64,000 nt of DNA from Methylomicrobium lacus LW14 (GTDB lineage: Bacteria > Pseudomonadota > Gammaproteobacteria > Methylococcales > Methylomonadaceae), in contig NZ_AZUN01000001.1 in assembly GCF_000527095.1 (NCBI RefSeq), forward strand, positions 934,772 to 998,771. Direction: 5' to 3'. Below the pieces are notes generated by a model. The model ran no database searches, had not been told where the DNA came from, and was given only the letters and a program-made list of their open reading frames with translations. This document shows positions 11,800-22,504 of this stretch, piece by piece. Positions within the stretch are counted from its first letter, which is position 1; every line of letters starts with the position of its first letter. The position numbers and the translations under genes were made by a program.

Positions 11800-14166
11800 A
11801 TGAAAAAAAATCTTATCGTGATTGTCACTTTAATGACTTTGTTTTTGGTCACTTTCGAAGTCTCCGCAGCCAAAAACGAAGCCAAGCAAAAGGAAGGCAT
11901 CGATCGGACCGTATTGCCGATTGCGGAACCCGAAACCAGACCGATTTCCGAACTCGATGTTCGCAACGCCAAAGCGCCCCCGCGTTTCGAAGTGAAGGCG
12001 CCGAAGGGTGCGCCGAATGTGCTGCTGGTGCTGCTCGACGACCTGGGCTTTGCCGGTACCAGCACTTTCGGCGGACCGGTGAACACCCCCTCCTTCGAGC
12101 AAATTGCCAACGAGGGTTTGCGTTATAACAACTTTCACACCAACGCACTTTGTTCGCCGACCCGCGCCGCCATCAAGAGTGGTCGTAACCACCATGTCAA
12201 CAACATGGGCGGCATCATCGAGATGGGTACTCAGTTTCCCGGCAACACCGGCCAGATTCCCAACAGCGTCGCACCGGTCGCCGAAATGTTGCGCCTCAAC
12301 GGTTATGCGACCGCGGCATTCGGTAAATGGCATGAAACGGCCGCCTGGGAAGCCAGCATGGCGGGGCCGTTTGATCGCTGGCCGACCCGGCAGGGCTTCG
12401 ACAAGTTTTACGGATTTCTGGGCGGCGAAACCAACCAGTGGGCACCGTTCATCTATGACGGCACCAAGCAGGTCGAATTGCCAAACAACCCCAACTACCA
12501 TTTCATGACCGACATGACCGATCAGGCCGTATCCTGGATCAAGTATCAAAAGGCCCTGACGCCCGACAGACCGTTTTTTACCTATTTCGCGCCAGGTGCC
12601 GTGCATGCGCCGCATCACGTGCCCAAGGACTGGATAGCGGGCTGGCAGGGTAAGTTCGATCAGGGTTGGGACAAACTGCGCGAGGAAATTTTGGCTCGGC
12701 AAATCCAACGTGGCGTAGTGCCAGCGGGCACCCAGCTGGCGCCTAGACCGGAGGCGATTCCAGCCTGGGATACGCTGTCGGCCGACGAAAAACGCTTGTA
12801 TGCGCGGCAGATGGAGGTATTTGCCGGTTTTATCGATATGACCGACCATGAAATCGGCCGGTTGATCAAGGCCATCGAAGACATTGGCCAACTCGATAAC
12901 ACCCTGGTGCTGTTCGTCTACGGTGACAACGGTACCAGCGCCGAAGGCGGTCGCAACGGCATGTTCAACGAATACACCTACTTCAATGGGGTTCCGGAAC
13001 AGGTCGCCGACATGCTCAAGCATCTGGATCAGTGGGGCGGACCGGAAACCTATCCGCACATGGCCGCTGGCTGGGCCGTGGCGCTGGATACGCCGTATCA
13101 ATGGACCAAACAGGTGGCATCCGATCACGGCGGCACCAAGGTCGGCATGGCGGTACGCTGGCCGAAAGGCATCAAGGCCAAGGGCGAGCAACGCACGCAA
13201 TTTCACCATGTCATCGACATCGCACCAACCATTCTGGAAGCCGCCGGCCTGCCGGAGCCTAAAATAGTCAACGGCGTCAAACAGCGGCCGATAGATGGTG
13301 TCAGCATGCTTTACAGCTTCGACGATGCCAAAGCCAAAGAGCGCCATACCACCCAGTACTTCGAGATCATGGGAAACCGGGCCATCTATCATGAAGGTTG
13401 GTTTGCCCGCACCATACACCGGGCACCCTGGGAGAAACAAGTACGCCGTCCGTTGGCGGACGATATTTGGGAGTTGTACGACACCCGCACTGACTTTAGC
13501 CTGACACACGATCTGGCGGCGCAGAATCCCAAGAAACTCACGGAACTGCAAGCCTTGTTCTTGAAAGAGGCCAAGAAAAACAACGTGCTGCCGATCGACG
13601 ATCGGACTCTTGAACGCATCAATGCGGATCTGGTGAATCGTCCCGACTTGATGGCGGGCCGCACCTCGCTGACCCTGGCCGAAGGCATGACCGGCATGAG
13701 CGAAAACGTGTTCATCAACGTCAAGAACAAGTCCAAAACCATCACCGCCGAGCTGGATATTCCGGAGGGTGGCGCCAATGGCGTGGTGCTGGCTCAAGGA
13801 GGCCGTTTTGGCGGCTGGTGCTTGTATCTGAAGGACGGTAAACCGGCTTACACCTATAACTATCTCAATCAGAACCAATACACCATCAGTTCAGCGGAAG
13901 CCTTGCCGAAAGGCAAAAGCAAACTGGTATTCGAGTTCGCCTACGATGGTGGTGGCTTGGGTAAGGGCGGTAACGGCACCTTGTCCGTCGATGGCCGCAA
14001 ACTGGCCGAAGGCCGTATCGATAAAACCCAGCCGATGGCCTTCTCCGCCGACGAAACCGCGGATGTGGGCATCGATGACGCCACGCCGGTGGTAGCCGGA
14101 ATCGGCCTGGGCGCTCAGACCCGCTTTACCGGCAAGATAGAGAAAGTGACGATCGAGGTGAAATAA
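11800..14166 (+). CDS. Arylsulfatase (formylglycine-dependent sulfatase family), secreted
   Basis: A signal peptide, then the sulfatase signature LCSPTRAAIKSGRNHH (C-x-P-x-R), LLVLLDDLGF and GKWH. A larger C-terminal domain is typical of long arylsulfatases. Confidence 0.85.
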   Translation: MKKNLIVIVTLMTLFLVTFEVSAAKNEAKQKEGIDRTVLPIAEPETRPISELDVRNAKAPPRFEVKAPKGAPNVLLVLLDDLGFAGTSTFGGPVNTPSFEQIANEGLRYNNFHTNALCSPTRAAIKSGRNHHVNNMGGIIEMGTQFPGNTGQIPNSVAPVAEMLRLNGYATAAFGKWHETAAWEASMAGPFDRWPTRQGFDKFYGFLGGETNQWAPFIYDGTKQVELPNNPNYHFMTDMTDQAVSWIKYQKALTPDRPFFTYFAPGAVHAPHHVPKDWIAGWQGKFDQGWDKLREEILARQIQRGVVPAGTQLAPRPEAIPAWDTLSADEKRLYARQMEVFAGFIDMTDHEIGRLIKAIEDIGQLDNTLVLFVYGDNGTSAEGGRNGMFNEYTYFNGVPEQVADMLKHLDQWGGPETYPHMAAGWAVALDTPYQWTKQVASDHGGTKVGMAVRWPKGIKAKGEQRTQFHHVIDIAPTILEAAGLPEPKIVNGVKQRPIDGVSMLYSFDDAKAKERHTTQYFEIMGNRAIYHEGWFARTIHRAPWEKQVRRPLADDIWELYDTRTDFSLTHDLAAQNPKKLTELQALFLKEAKKNNVLPIDDRTLERINADLVNRPDLMAGRTSLTLAEGMTGMSENVFINVKNKSKTITAELDIPEGGANGVVLAQGGRFGGWCLYLKDGKPAYTYNYLNQNQYTISSAEALPKGKSKLVFEFAYDGGGLGKGGNGTLSVDGRKLAEGRIDKTQPMAFSADETADVGIDDATPVVAGIGLGAQTRFTGKIEKVTIEVK

Positions 14167-14242
14167 GGTTGGGCCAAAATTACCTCTGGAATGACACATG
14201 GCATGTAGGGCGAATTCATTCGCCCCAACAAAGGAAAGCAGC

Positions 14243-14308
14243 TTGTGGGAGCGACGCCTACGTCGCGAATTGGAGTCTTTAGTCGCGACGTAGGCGTCGC
14301 TCCCACAA
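14243..14308. terminator. Perfect 26-bp inverted repeat (hairpin with 14-nt loop) downstream of the sulfatase gene
   Basis: ttgtgggagcgacgcctacgtcgcga (14243-14268) is the exact reverse complement of 14283-14308. There is no long T tract, so it may act bidirectionally or be a REP-like element. Confidence 0.45.
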
Positions 14309-14374
14309 CTTTCACACTAACTTGTTGGATTAGGTGTATCGGTGCGCGCCTGCTGCTAAACTATTGAATGACTC

Positions 14375-15907
14375 ATGGAGCTTAATCTGATGATGCAAAA
14401 AACCAAACTAGCCACGGCAATTGCTGTGATGTGCGGACTGTCGGCGGGACCTGCGCTTGCCAAGCCGACCAAGCCAGCGCACTACAAGATGACCACGGAA
14501 ATTCCGGCCGGCATTGCGATGCCGGATCAGGTTGACACGCGTTTGGGCACGCTCAAATTTTTTGATGGTTTTCCGGACGATGCCAGCGTCGAAAAGCTGT
14601 ATGATAACCTGGATTTCCAGCGCGCGGTGCAGGCCTACCTGCTGGCCTTGCCGGCCGTCAGTCAGTTTGCCAATCGCAATGAGATACTCAAGTTGGGGCC
14701 GGCCAACACGACGGTGCCGATTTTCGAGAATCGCATGGATTCGAAGTCTTTATTTCTGACCCCCAATACCGAAACGCCGTACAGCTGGATGTGGCTGGAT
14801 CTGAAGGATGGCCCGATCGTACTGGAGGCGCCGCCGAAGGTGCTGGGTGCACTCAACGACATGTGGTTTCGCTGGGTAGTCGACATTGGCCTTACCGGGC
14901 CGGATAAGGGCACAGGCGGCAAGTATCTGATTTTGCCGCCTGGCTATAGCGGTGAGGTCCCAGAGGGCTATATCGTCGTCAAGTCGCCCACCTTCAGTTT
15001 GTGGTCGCCATGGCGCAGTTTCGTGGTCGATGGCGATCCCAAGCCGGGCGTGGATCTGGTGAAACAGCATACCCGGGTTTATCGTCTGGCCGATGCGGCC
15101 AATCCCCCGCAGATGAACTTTGTCAATGTCTCCGGCAAGGATTTCAGCACGGTCGCCCCGGCGGATTACCAATTTTGGGAATATCTGAACCAGGTGGTGC
15201 AGCAAGAACCCAGCGAATCGCTCGATCCCGTCACGCTGGGCTACTACGCATCCATCGGTATTCAAAAAGGCAAGCCCTTTGCGCCGGACGCGCGCATGAA
15301 AAAAATCCTCACCGAAGCGGCTACCGTCGGCGACGCTACTGCCCGCGCCACTGCATTCAGGATGCGGCAGCAGGAAGCCTTTTATTACGAAGGCAGTTCC
15401 TGGCAACTCCCCTTCGTCGGTGGATACCAGTTTGAGACGCAACCTGGGGTACGCAACCTGGACGGCTACATTTTATACTACTTCATGGCCACCGGCGTCA
15501 CGCCCGCGATGGAGTCGAAGATGGTCGGCCAAGGTTCGCAATACGCCTGGACCGCCAAGGATGCCAAAGGCAAGCCGCTCGATGGCGGCAAGCACTATAA
15601 ATTACACCTGCCGCCGAATATTCCGATCAAAAACTTCTGGTCGGTGATTTTGTACGACAATCAGACCCGCTCCATGCTGCAGACCGATCAGCAGTTCCCC
15701 AGTATCAGCAGCCAGAACACGGATCTGGTGGTCAACGCCGACGGCTCGGTAGACATCTACTTCGGCCCCAAGGCGCCGCCCGGCAAAGTCAACTGGTTGC
15801 AAACCATTCCCGGCAAGGGCTGGAACACGATTCTGCGCCTGTACAGTCCGCTCGAGCCCTGGTTCGACAAGAGCTGGCGTCCGGGCGAGATTGAGCTGGT
15901 TAAGTAG
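14375..15907 (+). CDS. Secreted DUF1254/DUF1214-family protein
   Basis: A signal peptide and a two-domain architecture of the kind often found next to sulfatases. Confidence 0.55.
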   Translation: MELNLMMQKTKLATAIAVMCGLSAGPALAKPTKPAHYKMTTEIPAGIAMPDQVDTRLGTLKFFDGFPDDASVEKLYDNLDFQRAVQAYLLALPAVSQFANRNEILKLGPANTTVPIFENRMDSKSLFLTPNTETPYSWMWLDLKDGPIVLEAPPKVLGALNDMWFRWVVDIGLTGPDKGTGGKYLILPPGYSGEVPEGYIVVKSPTFSLWSPWRSFVVDGDPKPGVDLVKQHTRVYRLADAANPPQMNFVNVSGKDFSTVAPADYQFWEYLNQVVQQEPSESLDPVTLGYYASIGIQKGKPFAPDARMKKILTEAATVGDATARATAFRMRQQEAFYYEGSSWQLPFVGGYQFETQPGVRNLDGYILYYFMATGVTPAMESKMVGQGSQYAWTAKDAKGKPLDGGKHYKLHLPPNIPIKNFWSVILYDNQTRSMLQTDQQFPSISSQNTDLVVNADGSVDIYFGPKAPPGKVNWLQTIPGKGWNTILRLYSPLEPWFDKSWRPGEIELVK

Positions 15908-15997
15908 CACACCTGGAAAAACCAAGCCGCGCCAACCAGCGAAGGCGAACTGCTGCTTTGGCGAGAATAGCTATTTCTAGACAATTGAGGAAATGTA

Positions 15998-17443
15998 ATG
16001 ATGAAGAGCATTAGTCTTTCAATGAATGTTGAACAGAATATTAGGATCAAAAGAGCGGCATTGAGTCTACTTGGCTCGGTTTTATTGATGGGTTTAGCCT
16101 CAAGCGCAAATGCACTCGGTCCCGTTGAAGTCCCGGAATCCTGGGGTGGAGATTTGGCCTCACGTCAGCGTTTAACCGGCGATTGGGGCGGCGTCAGGGA
16201 TGAGATGGGCAAGAAAGGCGTGGTGTTGGACGCCAATATGGTGTTGCTGCCGGGCGGTATCGTAACCGGGGGCAGTGATATCGACGCCGAATTTTGGGGA
16301 AACGTCGATTACTCATTAAATCTGGATACCGATAAAATGGGGCTGTGGCCGGGCGGCTTCTTCAAGTTTGAAGGTGTTTCCAGCTTTGGAAATACCTTGC
16401 AAAACCAGTCCGGCGCTTTTATACCCATTAATGTGGCTTCGCTGTATCCCAGCTTCAACGAGGCAAGCAGCGGTCTGATGCAGGCGTCGTACACGCAGTT
16501 TTTGAGCCACCAGTTCGGCGTCATGATGGGGAAATTGAACCTGTTCGATTTTACCCCGGCCGAGTTCTACGGCGACTATCGCACCCAGTTCATGAATACG
16601 GGGCTGAACTTGTCCCTGGCCTATGCCATGGTGCCGATGTCTGCCTATGGCGGCGGCGTTGTTATCCTGCCGACGAAAGACATAACACTGATGGCTCTGG
16701 CGTTGGATGCCAGCGGCACACCGACGGAAAATGATATCAGCAAGGCTTTCGATGACGGGGTCACGCTTGTCAGTGCAGCTAAGTTCAATACCAAGCTGTT
16801 TGGGCTGGTCGGCCATCAGAGCGTGGGTGGCGTTTGGAGCGATAAGCCACGTTTCTCGCTTGTGCAAGACCCTGACAACTTCCGCCGCGCGCTTTTGAAT
16901 GAGAGTTATCCCATCCTCGGCAACCCTGGCCCAGTCCTGGAGCGGATTATCAAAAAATTTTTTCCGGAAGCGCTGATTCCGATCGAGCCCCCTAATCGCA
17001 AGAACAGCACCTGGTCGGTCATCTACAGCTTCGATCAATATTTCTGGCAGCCCGACGGCGATCCTAAGCGCGGGATCGGTGTTTTCTTCAGTTTTGGCGC
17101 CACTGACGGCAACCCCAACCCCATTCAATACAGCTATATGATGGGGATTGGCGGAAAAGGCGTATTCTCCGGGCGACCGCACGACACTTTTGGCATCGGC
17201 TGGGCGCGCACGCAGTTTAGTGATCAGTTTGTGCCGTTGCTGCGTGAAAGACTGGGTCTGGGACTGGATCATGAAGATGCCATCGAGTTGTACTACACTG
17301 CGGCGGTCACACCTTGGTTGAATGTGAGCCCCAATCTTCAGGTCATCAATTCCGGCCTAAATAAAGCACTCAATAAAAATGACCAGTTGCAGGATACGGA
17401 CACAGCCGTTGAGGTCAGCCTGCGCATGAATATCCTATTTTGA
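15998..17443 (+). CDS. OprB-family carbohydrate-selective porin-like outer-membrane protein
   Basis: A signal peptide ending ANA, then LTGDWGGVRDEMGKKGV, which is typical of OprB-like porins. The C-terminus ends in F. Confidence 0.55.
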   Translation: MMKSISLSMNVEQNIRIKRAALSLLGSVLLMGLASSANALGPVEVPESWGGDLASRQRLTGDWGGVRDEMGKKGVVLDANMVLLPGGIVTGGSDIDAEFWGNVDYSLNLDTDKMGLWPGGFFKFEGVSSFGNTLQNQSGAFIPINVASLYPSFNEASSGLMQASYTQFLSHQFGVMMGKLNLFDFTPAEFYGDYRTQFMNTGLNLSLAYAMVPMSAYGGGVVILPTKDITLMALALDASGTPTENDISKAFDDGVTLVSAAKFNTKLFGLVGHQSVGGVWSDKPRFSLVQDPDNFRRALLNESYPILGNPGPVLERIIKKFFPEALIPIEPPNRKNSTWSVIYSFDQYFWQPDGDPKRGIGVFFSFGATDGNPNPIQYSYMMGIGGKGVFSGRPHDTFGIGWARTQFSDQFVPLLRERLGLGLDHEDAIELYYTAAVTPWLNVSPNLQVINSGLNKALNKNDQLQDTDTAVEVSLRMNILF

Positions 17444-17573
17444 GCCTCTCACAGATACTTATCAGAGGGGGCAACAGCGTTTTGAATCATTTTTTAACTT
17501 CACAAGCGCCATCGGCATGCACTCATTTTTGAACCCATGCCGATAGGACTCTGCATCAAACTCTCCTATCCCG

Positions 17574-19955
17574 ATGCCTCGACTTTTTCCAGCCGTTGCC
17601 AGCAAAAGCAAAACCTATTACCTCTTACTGCTGATATTGGTCCTGCTGGGATGTTTGGCGGGAGGTATTTACTGGGTCACTAACCCGCCGATCACCGAGA
17701 ATCTATCGGTTTCTCCCGCGAAGAAACCCTCGCCTAACCTGCCTGATGCCCAAAAAAGCTATGTCGGCGCTGGCGAATGCCGGCAGTGTCATCAGGCCGA
17801 ATTCGAAGCCTGGAAAGGTTCGCATCATGCGTTGGCGATGCAGGAAGCCAACGATCAAAGCGTGCTTGGCAACTTCAACAGCGTGAAATTCAAATACCAC
17901 GGCGTGGAGTCGACCTTCTTCAAACAAGACGGTAAATTCACGGTGCATACCGAAGGACCGGACGGGAAATTGACCGATTATCCGATTGTTTATACCTTCG
18001 GCGTGACACCGTTACAGCAATACTTGATCGCATTCCCAGGCGGGCGCTTTCAAGCGCTGAGTATCGCCTGGGACAGTCGCCCCAAAGCCGAGGGCGGACA
18101 GCGTTGGTTTGATCTTTATCCGGATGAAAAGATCGACCCTAAAGACCCATTGCATTGGACGGGCCGTTATCAGAACTGGAACATGCAATGCGCCGAATGC
18201 CATTCGACGAATCTCAAGAAAGGCTACGATGCGGCAAGCGATACTTATAAAACCACGTTCAGCGAGATCAACGTCGCCTGCGAGTCATGTCACGGCCCTG
18301 CCTCCCTGCATGTCGAGTGGGCCAGACAAGCCCGGCCGCCTTATGCCGATGCCGACAAAGGTTTGTCGATCAGCCTGCAAAGCCACTGGCAGGATGCCTG
18401 GACGTTTCAGGATGGCGCGGCCAGGTTTGCGCAGCGTAACCAATCAGCGAGCGCGTCCCTGATGAACTCCTGTTGGGCCTGTCATGCCCGGCGCTCGACG
18501 TTGGTCGAAAACAGTTCGCCCGGTCTGCCGCTGGAAGACACCCATCGACCGTCCTTGTTGACCCCACCCACCTATCATGCCGATGGTCAGCAACGCGACG
18601 AGGATTACACCTGGGGCTCGTTCCGGCAGAGCAAGATGTTTCAGAACGGCGTAACCTGCATGGATTGTCATGAGCCGCATGCGCTCAAACTGCGCGCCGA
18701 AGGCAATGCCCTGTGCACGCGCTGCCACAACGCTGAAGCCTTCGATACCGAACAACATCATTTTCATCCGCGAAATTCCAAAGGCGCAGAGTGCGTCAAC
18801 TGTCACGCGCCCGAACAGAATTACATGGTGATCGATGGCCGGCATGATCACAGCTTCCGGCTGCCGCGTCCGGATTTATCTCCACCATTGGGCAGCCCCA
18901 ATGCCTGCACTCAATGTCATCAAAACCGCAAGCCGGAATGGGCCGCCGCTGCGATGGATAGTTGGTACGGCAAGCGCTGGCGAGATCGCCCGCATTACGG
19001 CACCGTGCTTCATGATGGCGCGGCACAAGGCATCAAATCCTTGCCGGCGCTAATCGAGCTGGCGCAAGACGCCAGTCAGCCGGCCCTTGTTCGGGCGACC
19101 GCGATCAAGCTCAGCGAGCCGCTGATGAATCCGGAACTGTTACTCACCGCCAGCAAATGGTTGAAGGATGCCGATCCATCGGTACGCACGGCGGCGCTCG
19201 GTCTCTACGAAGCCATTGATCCAGGGAGTCGGGTTTCGGCCGCAGCGCCGCTGCTCAACGATCCGGTGCGTGGCGTGCGTATCGAGGCAGCGCGCATCCT
19301 GGCTGATGTGCCGGAGAGTCAGTTTCCTTCCGATCAGATCAACGACCGAGCCTGCGCCCTGCAGGAATACCAAAACTATCTGACCTTGAATGCCGATTGG
19401 CCAGCGGAAAACGTCAATCAAGGCAATCTTCTGCTGCGGCAAGGTCAGTCCGATGCGGCCATCGCCGCTTATCAACGTGCCTTGCAACTCGATCCTCTGT
19501 TTGCCGGCGCCTACGTCAATCTCGCCGATGCTTATCGCGAATTAGGACAAGACAACGCAGGAGAAAAATACTTGCGGCAAGGTCTGGCGCTGTTGCCGCG
19601 CGCCGCCGATTTGCATCATGCCTTGGGCTTGCTGTTGGTGCGTAAACTCGATCAATCCGCCGCATTAGTTGAATTTGCCGAAGCCGCCAGACTCGCCCCG
19701 GAAAACGCCCGTTACGCCTACGTGTATGCCGTTGCCCTGCACTCGGCGGGCAAATCGAAGCAGGCCCTGGCCATATTGAAGGCTGCTGACAAACGCCATT
19801 CATTCAATCCGGATATTTTGAACGCCCTGATTTCGCTGCATCTGGAAGCGGGAGATCACAAAGCGGCGCTGGCGTATGCCCGAAAAGCCGCCGAGGTTTT
19901 GCCGGAAAACCCGCAACTGCGGACGCTAATCGAGCAGTTGACGACAGCAAAATGA
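17574..19955 (+). CDS. Multihaem c-type cytochrome (8 CxxCH) fused to C-terminal HEAT/TPR repeats
   Basis: Eight haem-binding motifs: CRQCH, CAECH, CESCH, CWACH, CMDCH, CTRCH, CVNCH and CTQCH. An N-terminal transmembrane anchor and a TPR-like C-terminal half (AIAAYQRALQLDP...) are also present. Confidence 0.75.
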   Translation: MPRLFPAVASKSKTYYLLLLILVLLGCLAGGIYWVTNPPITENLSVSPAKKPSPNLPDAQKSYVGAGECRQCHQAEFEAWKGSHHALAMQEANDQSVLGNFNSVKFKYHGVESTFFKQDGKFTVHTEGPDGKLTDYPIVYTFGVTPLQQYLIAFPGGRFQALSIAWDSRPKAEGGQRWFDLYPDEKIDPKDPLHWTGRYQNWNMQCAECHSTNLKKGYDAASDTYKTTFSEINVACESCHGPASLHVEWARQARPPYADADKGLSISLQSHWQDAWTFQDGAARFAQRNQSASASLMNSCWACHARRSTLVENSSPGLPLEDTHRPSLLTPPTYHADGQQRDEDYTWGSFRQSKMFQNGVTCMDCHEPHALKLRAEGNALCTRCHNAEAFDTEQHHFHPRNSKGAECVNCHAPEQNYMVIDGRHDHSFRLPRPDLSPPLGSPNACTQCHQNRKPEWAAAAMDSWYGKRWRDRPHYGTVLHDGAAQGIKSLPALIELAQDASQPALVRATAIKLSEPLMNPELLLTASKWLKDADPSVRTAALGLYEAIDPGSRVSAAAPLLNDPVRGVRIEAARILADVPESQFPSDQINDRACALQEYQNYLTLNADWPAENVNQGNLLLRQGQSDAAIAAYQRALQLDPLFAGAYVNLADAYRELGQDNAGEKYLRQGLALLPRAADLHHALGLLLVRKLDQSAALVEFAEAARLAPENARYAYVYAVALHSAGKSKQALAILKAADKRHSFNPDILNALISLHLEAGDHKAALAYARKAAEVLPENPQLRTLIEQLTTAK

Positions 19956-20171
19956 CCCTTTTTCTACTGAAGCTTCATGCTATTAAAACAATTACTATGG
20001 CTTGGTATGGTAGACGTTGATCATTCAGAAAGTTTGTACATTAGCCAGGCACCGCGTAAAATCGCAGGTTGCCCCGCCCCGCCTGTAGCATGCAAAGGAT
20101 TATGCTCTTCGAGGAACTACGAGGATGTACCATGAGCGTTCCTGAATGCAATCCCCTATCCAGCTCGAATT

Positions 20172-21839
20172 ATGAATACGACGACTACCGAAAAAAACGT
20201 TTCGCCTAGCAAAGCGCCGCCGAAAATGCCAGGTGCATTGCCGCTTTTAGGGCACATGCTCGCATTCGGTAAAAATCCTTTCGACTACATGATGACACTC
20301 CGTAAGACGCTGGGAGAGATCGGTGAATTCCGTATGTTTCATCAAAAAATGGTGCTGATGACCGGCCCTGAAGCGAATGAAGCTTTTTTCCGCGCGCCCG
20401 ACGCTCAGCTGGATCAAAGCCAGGCGTATAAAATCATGACGCCTATTTTTGGCAAAGGCGTGGTTTTTGATGCGCCCCCGCATAAAAAAGACCAGCAGCT
20501 TAAAATGCTGATGCCGGTATTGCGCGATAAGCCGATGCGCGGTTACGCGCAAGTGATCGTCCGGGAAGTTGAGCAAATGATTGCCGACTGGGGCGATGCC
20601 GGCGAAATCGATTTGCTTGAGCTCATGAAAGAACTGACTATTTATACGTCCAGCCACTGTCTGCTCGGCGATGAGTTCCGTTACGAACTGAATGAAGAAT
20701 TCGCGAAAATTTATCACGATCTTGAAAAAGGCGTGAACCCTCTGGCTTTTGTTTTTCCCTACCTGCCATTGCCGGTCTTTCGCCGCCGCGATAAAGCCCG
20801 CGCCAGGCTGCAAGAATTAGTCACCGGCATCATTGCCAAAAGGGCGCAGAAACCGGAAAAGAGTGAGGATGCGTTTCAATTATTGATCGATGCCCGCTAT
20901 GACGACGGCAGCCGCTTATCTGCCCATGAAATAACCGGCATGCTGATCGGTACGATTTTCGCAGGCCATCACACCACCGCAGGGACGGCCGCCTGGACCT
21001 TGCTGGAATTGGCGCGCCGGCCCGAACAGATGCAGCGCGTGTTGAATGAACTGGATACACACTTCGGCGTCGATGGCGAAGTCACCTTTCAATCGTTACG
21101 CGAAACGCCGCTGCTCGAAAATGTGATCAAAGAAGTCTTGCGTCTGCATCCGCCGTTGATCTTTTTAATCCGTAAAGTGATGCAGGATTTTCACTTCAAA
21201 GGCTATACGGTCAAGGCCGGAAAATACGTTTGCGCCTCGCCGCGCGTATCGCATCGCCTCGCGGATGTTTTCCCGGACCCGGAAAAATTCGATCCTGAGC
21301 GCTATTCGGAAGCACGCCAGGAAGACGCCAAGCCTTTCAGCTGGATTGCCTTTGGCGGCGGTAAACATAAATGTTCAGGCAACGCTTTTGCGATGCTGCA
21401 ACTCAAAGCCATTTTCAGCATTTTGTTGCGCCGCTATACCTTTGAACTGATCGACGACAAGGACGCTTATCAGGATGATTTCACCCAGATGGTGGTGCAA
21501 CCCGTATCACCCTGTCGTGTTCGTTACATCAAACGCTTGGCCGTTAAAGAAGCCGCTGCCGAGTCGGCGAGAAATGCCGCGCAAGCCGGCGCGCATACTG
21601 GCCCTGGCTTTCAAATTAAAATCGACAGGGAGCTTTGCCAAGGCCACGCAACCTGCATGACTGAAGCGCCTGAACTCTTTCACGTAGACGATGCGGGCAA
21701 CGTGACCGTTTTACAAGATAATCCGCCTTTAGATTTACTGACGAAAGCCCGGCAAGCCGAAAAATATTGCCCAAGCAAGGCAATTAAAATTGAACTGAAT
21801 CAGAACCCAAAAGAGTCGAAGAATGGCCTCATATCCTAG
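20172..21839 (+). CDS. cyp51: Sterol 14-alpha-demethylase (CYP51) fused to a C-terminal ferredoxin domain
   Basis: P450 motifs AGHHTTAG (I-helix), ETLR/EVLRLHPP and the haem-thiolate loop FGGGKHKCSGNAFA. A C-terminal ~60-aa ferredoxin (CQGHATC...CP) matches the CYP51-ferredoxin fusion described in Methylococcus capsulatus. Confidence 0.85.
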   Translation: MNTTTTEKNVSPSKAPPKMPGALPLLGHMLAFGKNPFDYMMTLRKTLGEIGEFRMFHQKMVLMTGPEANEAFFRAPDAQLDQSQAYKIMTPIFGKGVVFDAPPHKKDQQLKMLMPVLRDKPMRGYAQVIVREVEQMIADWGDAGEIDLLELMKELTIYTSSHCLLGDEFRYELNEEFAKIYHDLEKGVNPLAFVFPYLPLPVFRRRDKARARLQELVTGIIAKRAQKPEKSEDAFQLLIDARYDDGSRLSAHEITGMLIGTIFAGHHTTAGTAAWTLLELARRPEQMQRVLNELDTHFGVDGEVTFQSLRETPLLENVIKEVLRLHPPLIFLIRKVMQDFHFKGYTVKAGKYVCASPRVSHRLADVFPDPEKFDPERYSEARQEDAKPFSWIAFGGGKHKCSGNAFAMLQLKAIFSILLRRYTFELIDDKDAYQDDFTQMVVQPVSPCRVRYIKRLAVKEAAAESARNAAQAGAHTGPGFQIKIDRELCQGHATCMTEAPELFHVDDAGNVTVLQDNPPLDLLTKARQAEKYCPSKAIKIELNQNPKESKNGLIS

Positions 21840-22425
21840 AGCAGAATTGGAAGAAATGGTTGAACGTTGGCTGCAGGCGAATCGTGACGCTGAAAAAGAA
21901 GGCAACTGGCCTAAATATTTGGGGGCGATGTATACCGATGACGCAGAATATCGCTGGAATATCGGACCCAATGAAGAATTTGTCGCGCGCAGCCGCAAGG
22001 AGATAGAAGAATGGGCTTTAGGTGTGCAAATGGAAGGCTTCGAACAATGGCGCTATCCGTACCACCGCATTTTAATCGATGAAAAACAGGGGGAGGTGAT
22101 TGGCTTGTGGCGCCAGGTGTCGCCTGCGCTAAGAGAGGATGGCACACATTATGAAGTCGCAGGCATTGGCGGCTCGTGGTTTCGTTACGGCGGCAATTAT
22201 AAATGGGAGTGGCAACGTGATTTTTTTGATTTAGGCAATGTGAAAGCCCTGTTTTTTGAATTGGCCGCCGACGGCAAACTCGACCCGGCCGTCAAAAGAA
22301 AAATAGGCAAATTGGCTAAAGGTCAGTTACTGCCCGGCCATCAGCGTTTGCGCAAACCGCCCGGATTATTCAAAAAACTGAAAGGGTTGTTGGCCATGGT
22401 ACGTATTGCCCTGTTTAATCAATGA
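21823..22425 (+). CDS. NTF2/SnoaL-like (ketosteroid-isomerase fold) protein within the sterol operon
   Basis: A 200-aa ORF overlapping the cyp51 stop by 17 nt. The N-terminus (ELEEMVERWLQANRDAEKEGNW...AEYRW) is NTF2-like. The C-terminal tail is basic and amphipathic. Confidence 0.5.
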   Translation: MASYPRAELEEMVERWLQANRDAEKEGNWPKYLGAMYTDDAEYRWNIGPNEEFVARSRKEIEEWALGVQMEGFEQWRYPYHRILIDEKQGEVIGLWRQVSPALREDGTHYEVAGIGGSWFRYGGNYKWEWQRDFFDLGNVKALFFELAADGKLDPAVKRKIGKLAKGQLLPGHQRLRKPPGLFKKLKGLLAMVRIALFNQ

Positions 22426-22504
22426 TTCCGAAACGCATGATACGCTTCTAACAAAGGATCGCATCTGTTGCTCAACACCGCTAAAAGGCACATCATAATA
22501 ATCT

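Noticed and set aside
11830-13878. 682-aa minus-strand ORF overlapping the arylsulfatase
   Set aside because: It is antisense to a gene with a clear sulfatase signature and has no recognisable domains.
16316-17272. 318-aa minus-strand ORF inside the porin gene
   Set aside because: It is an antisense shadow ORF, and the porin frame has a signal peptide and a family motif.
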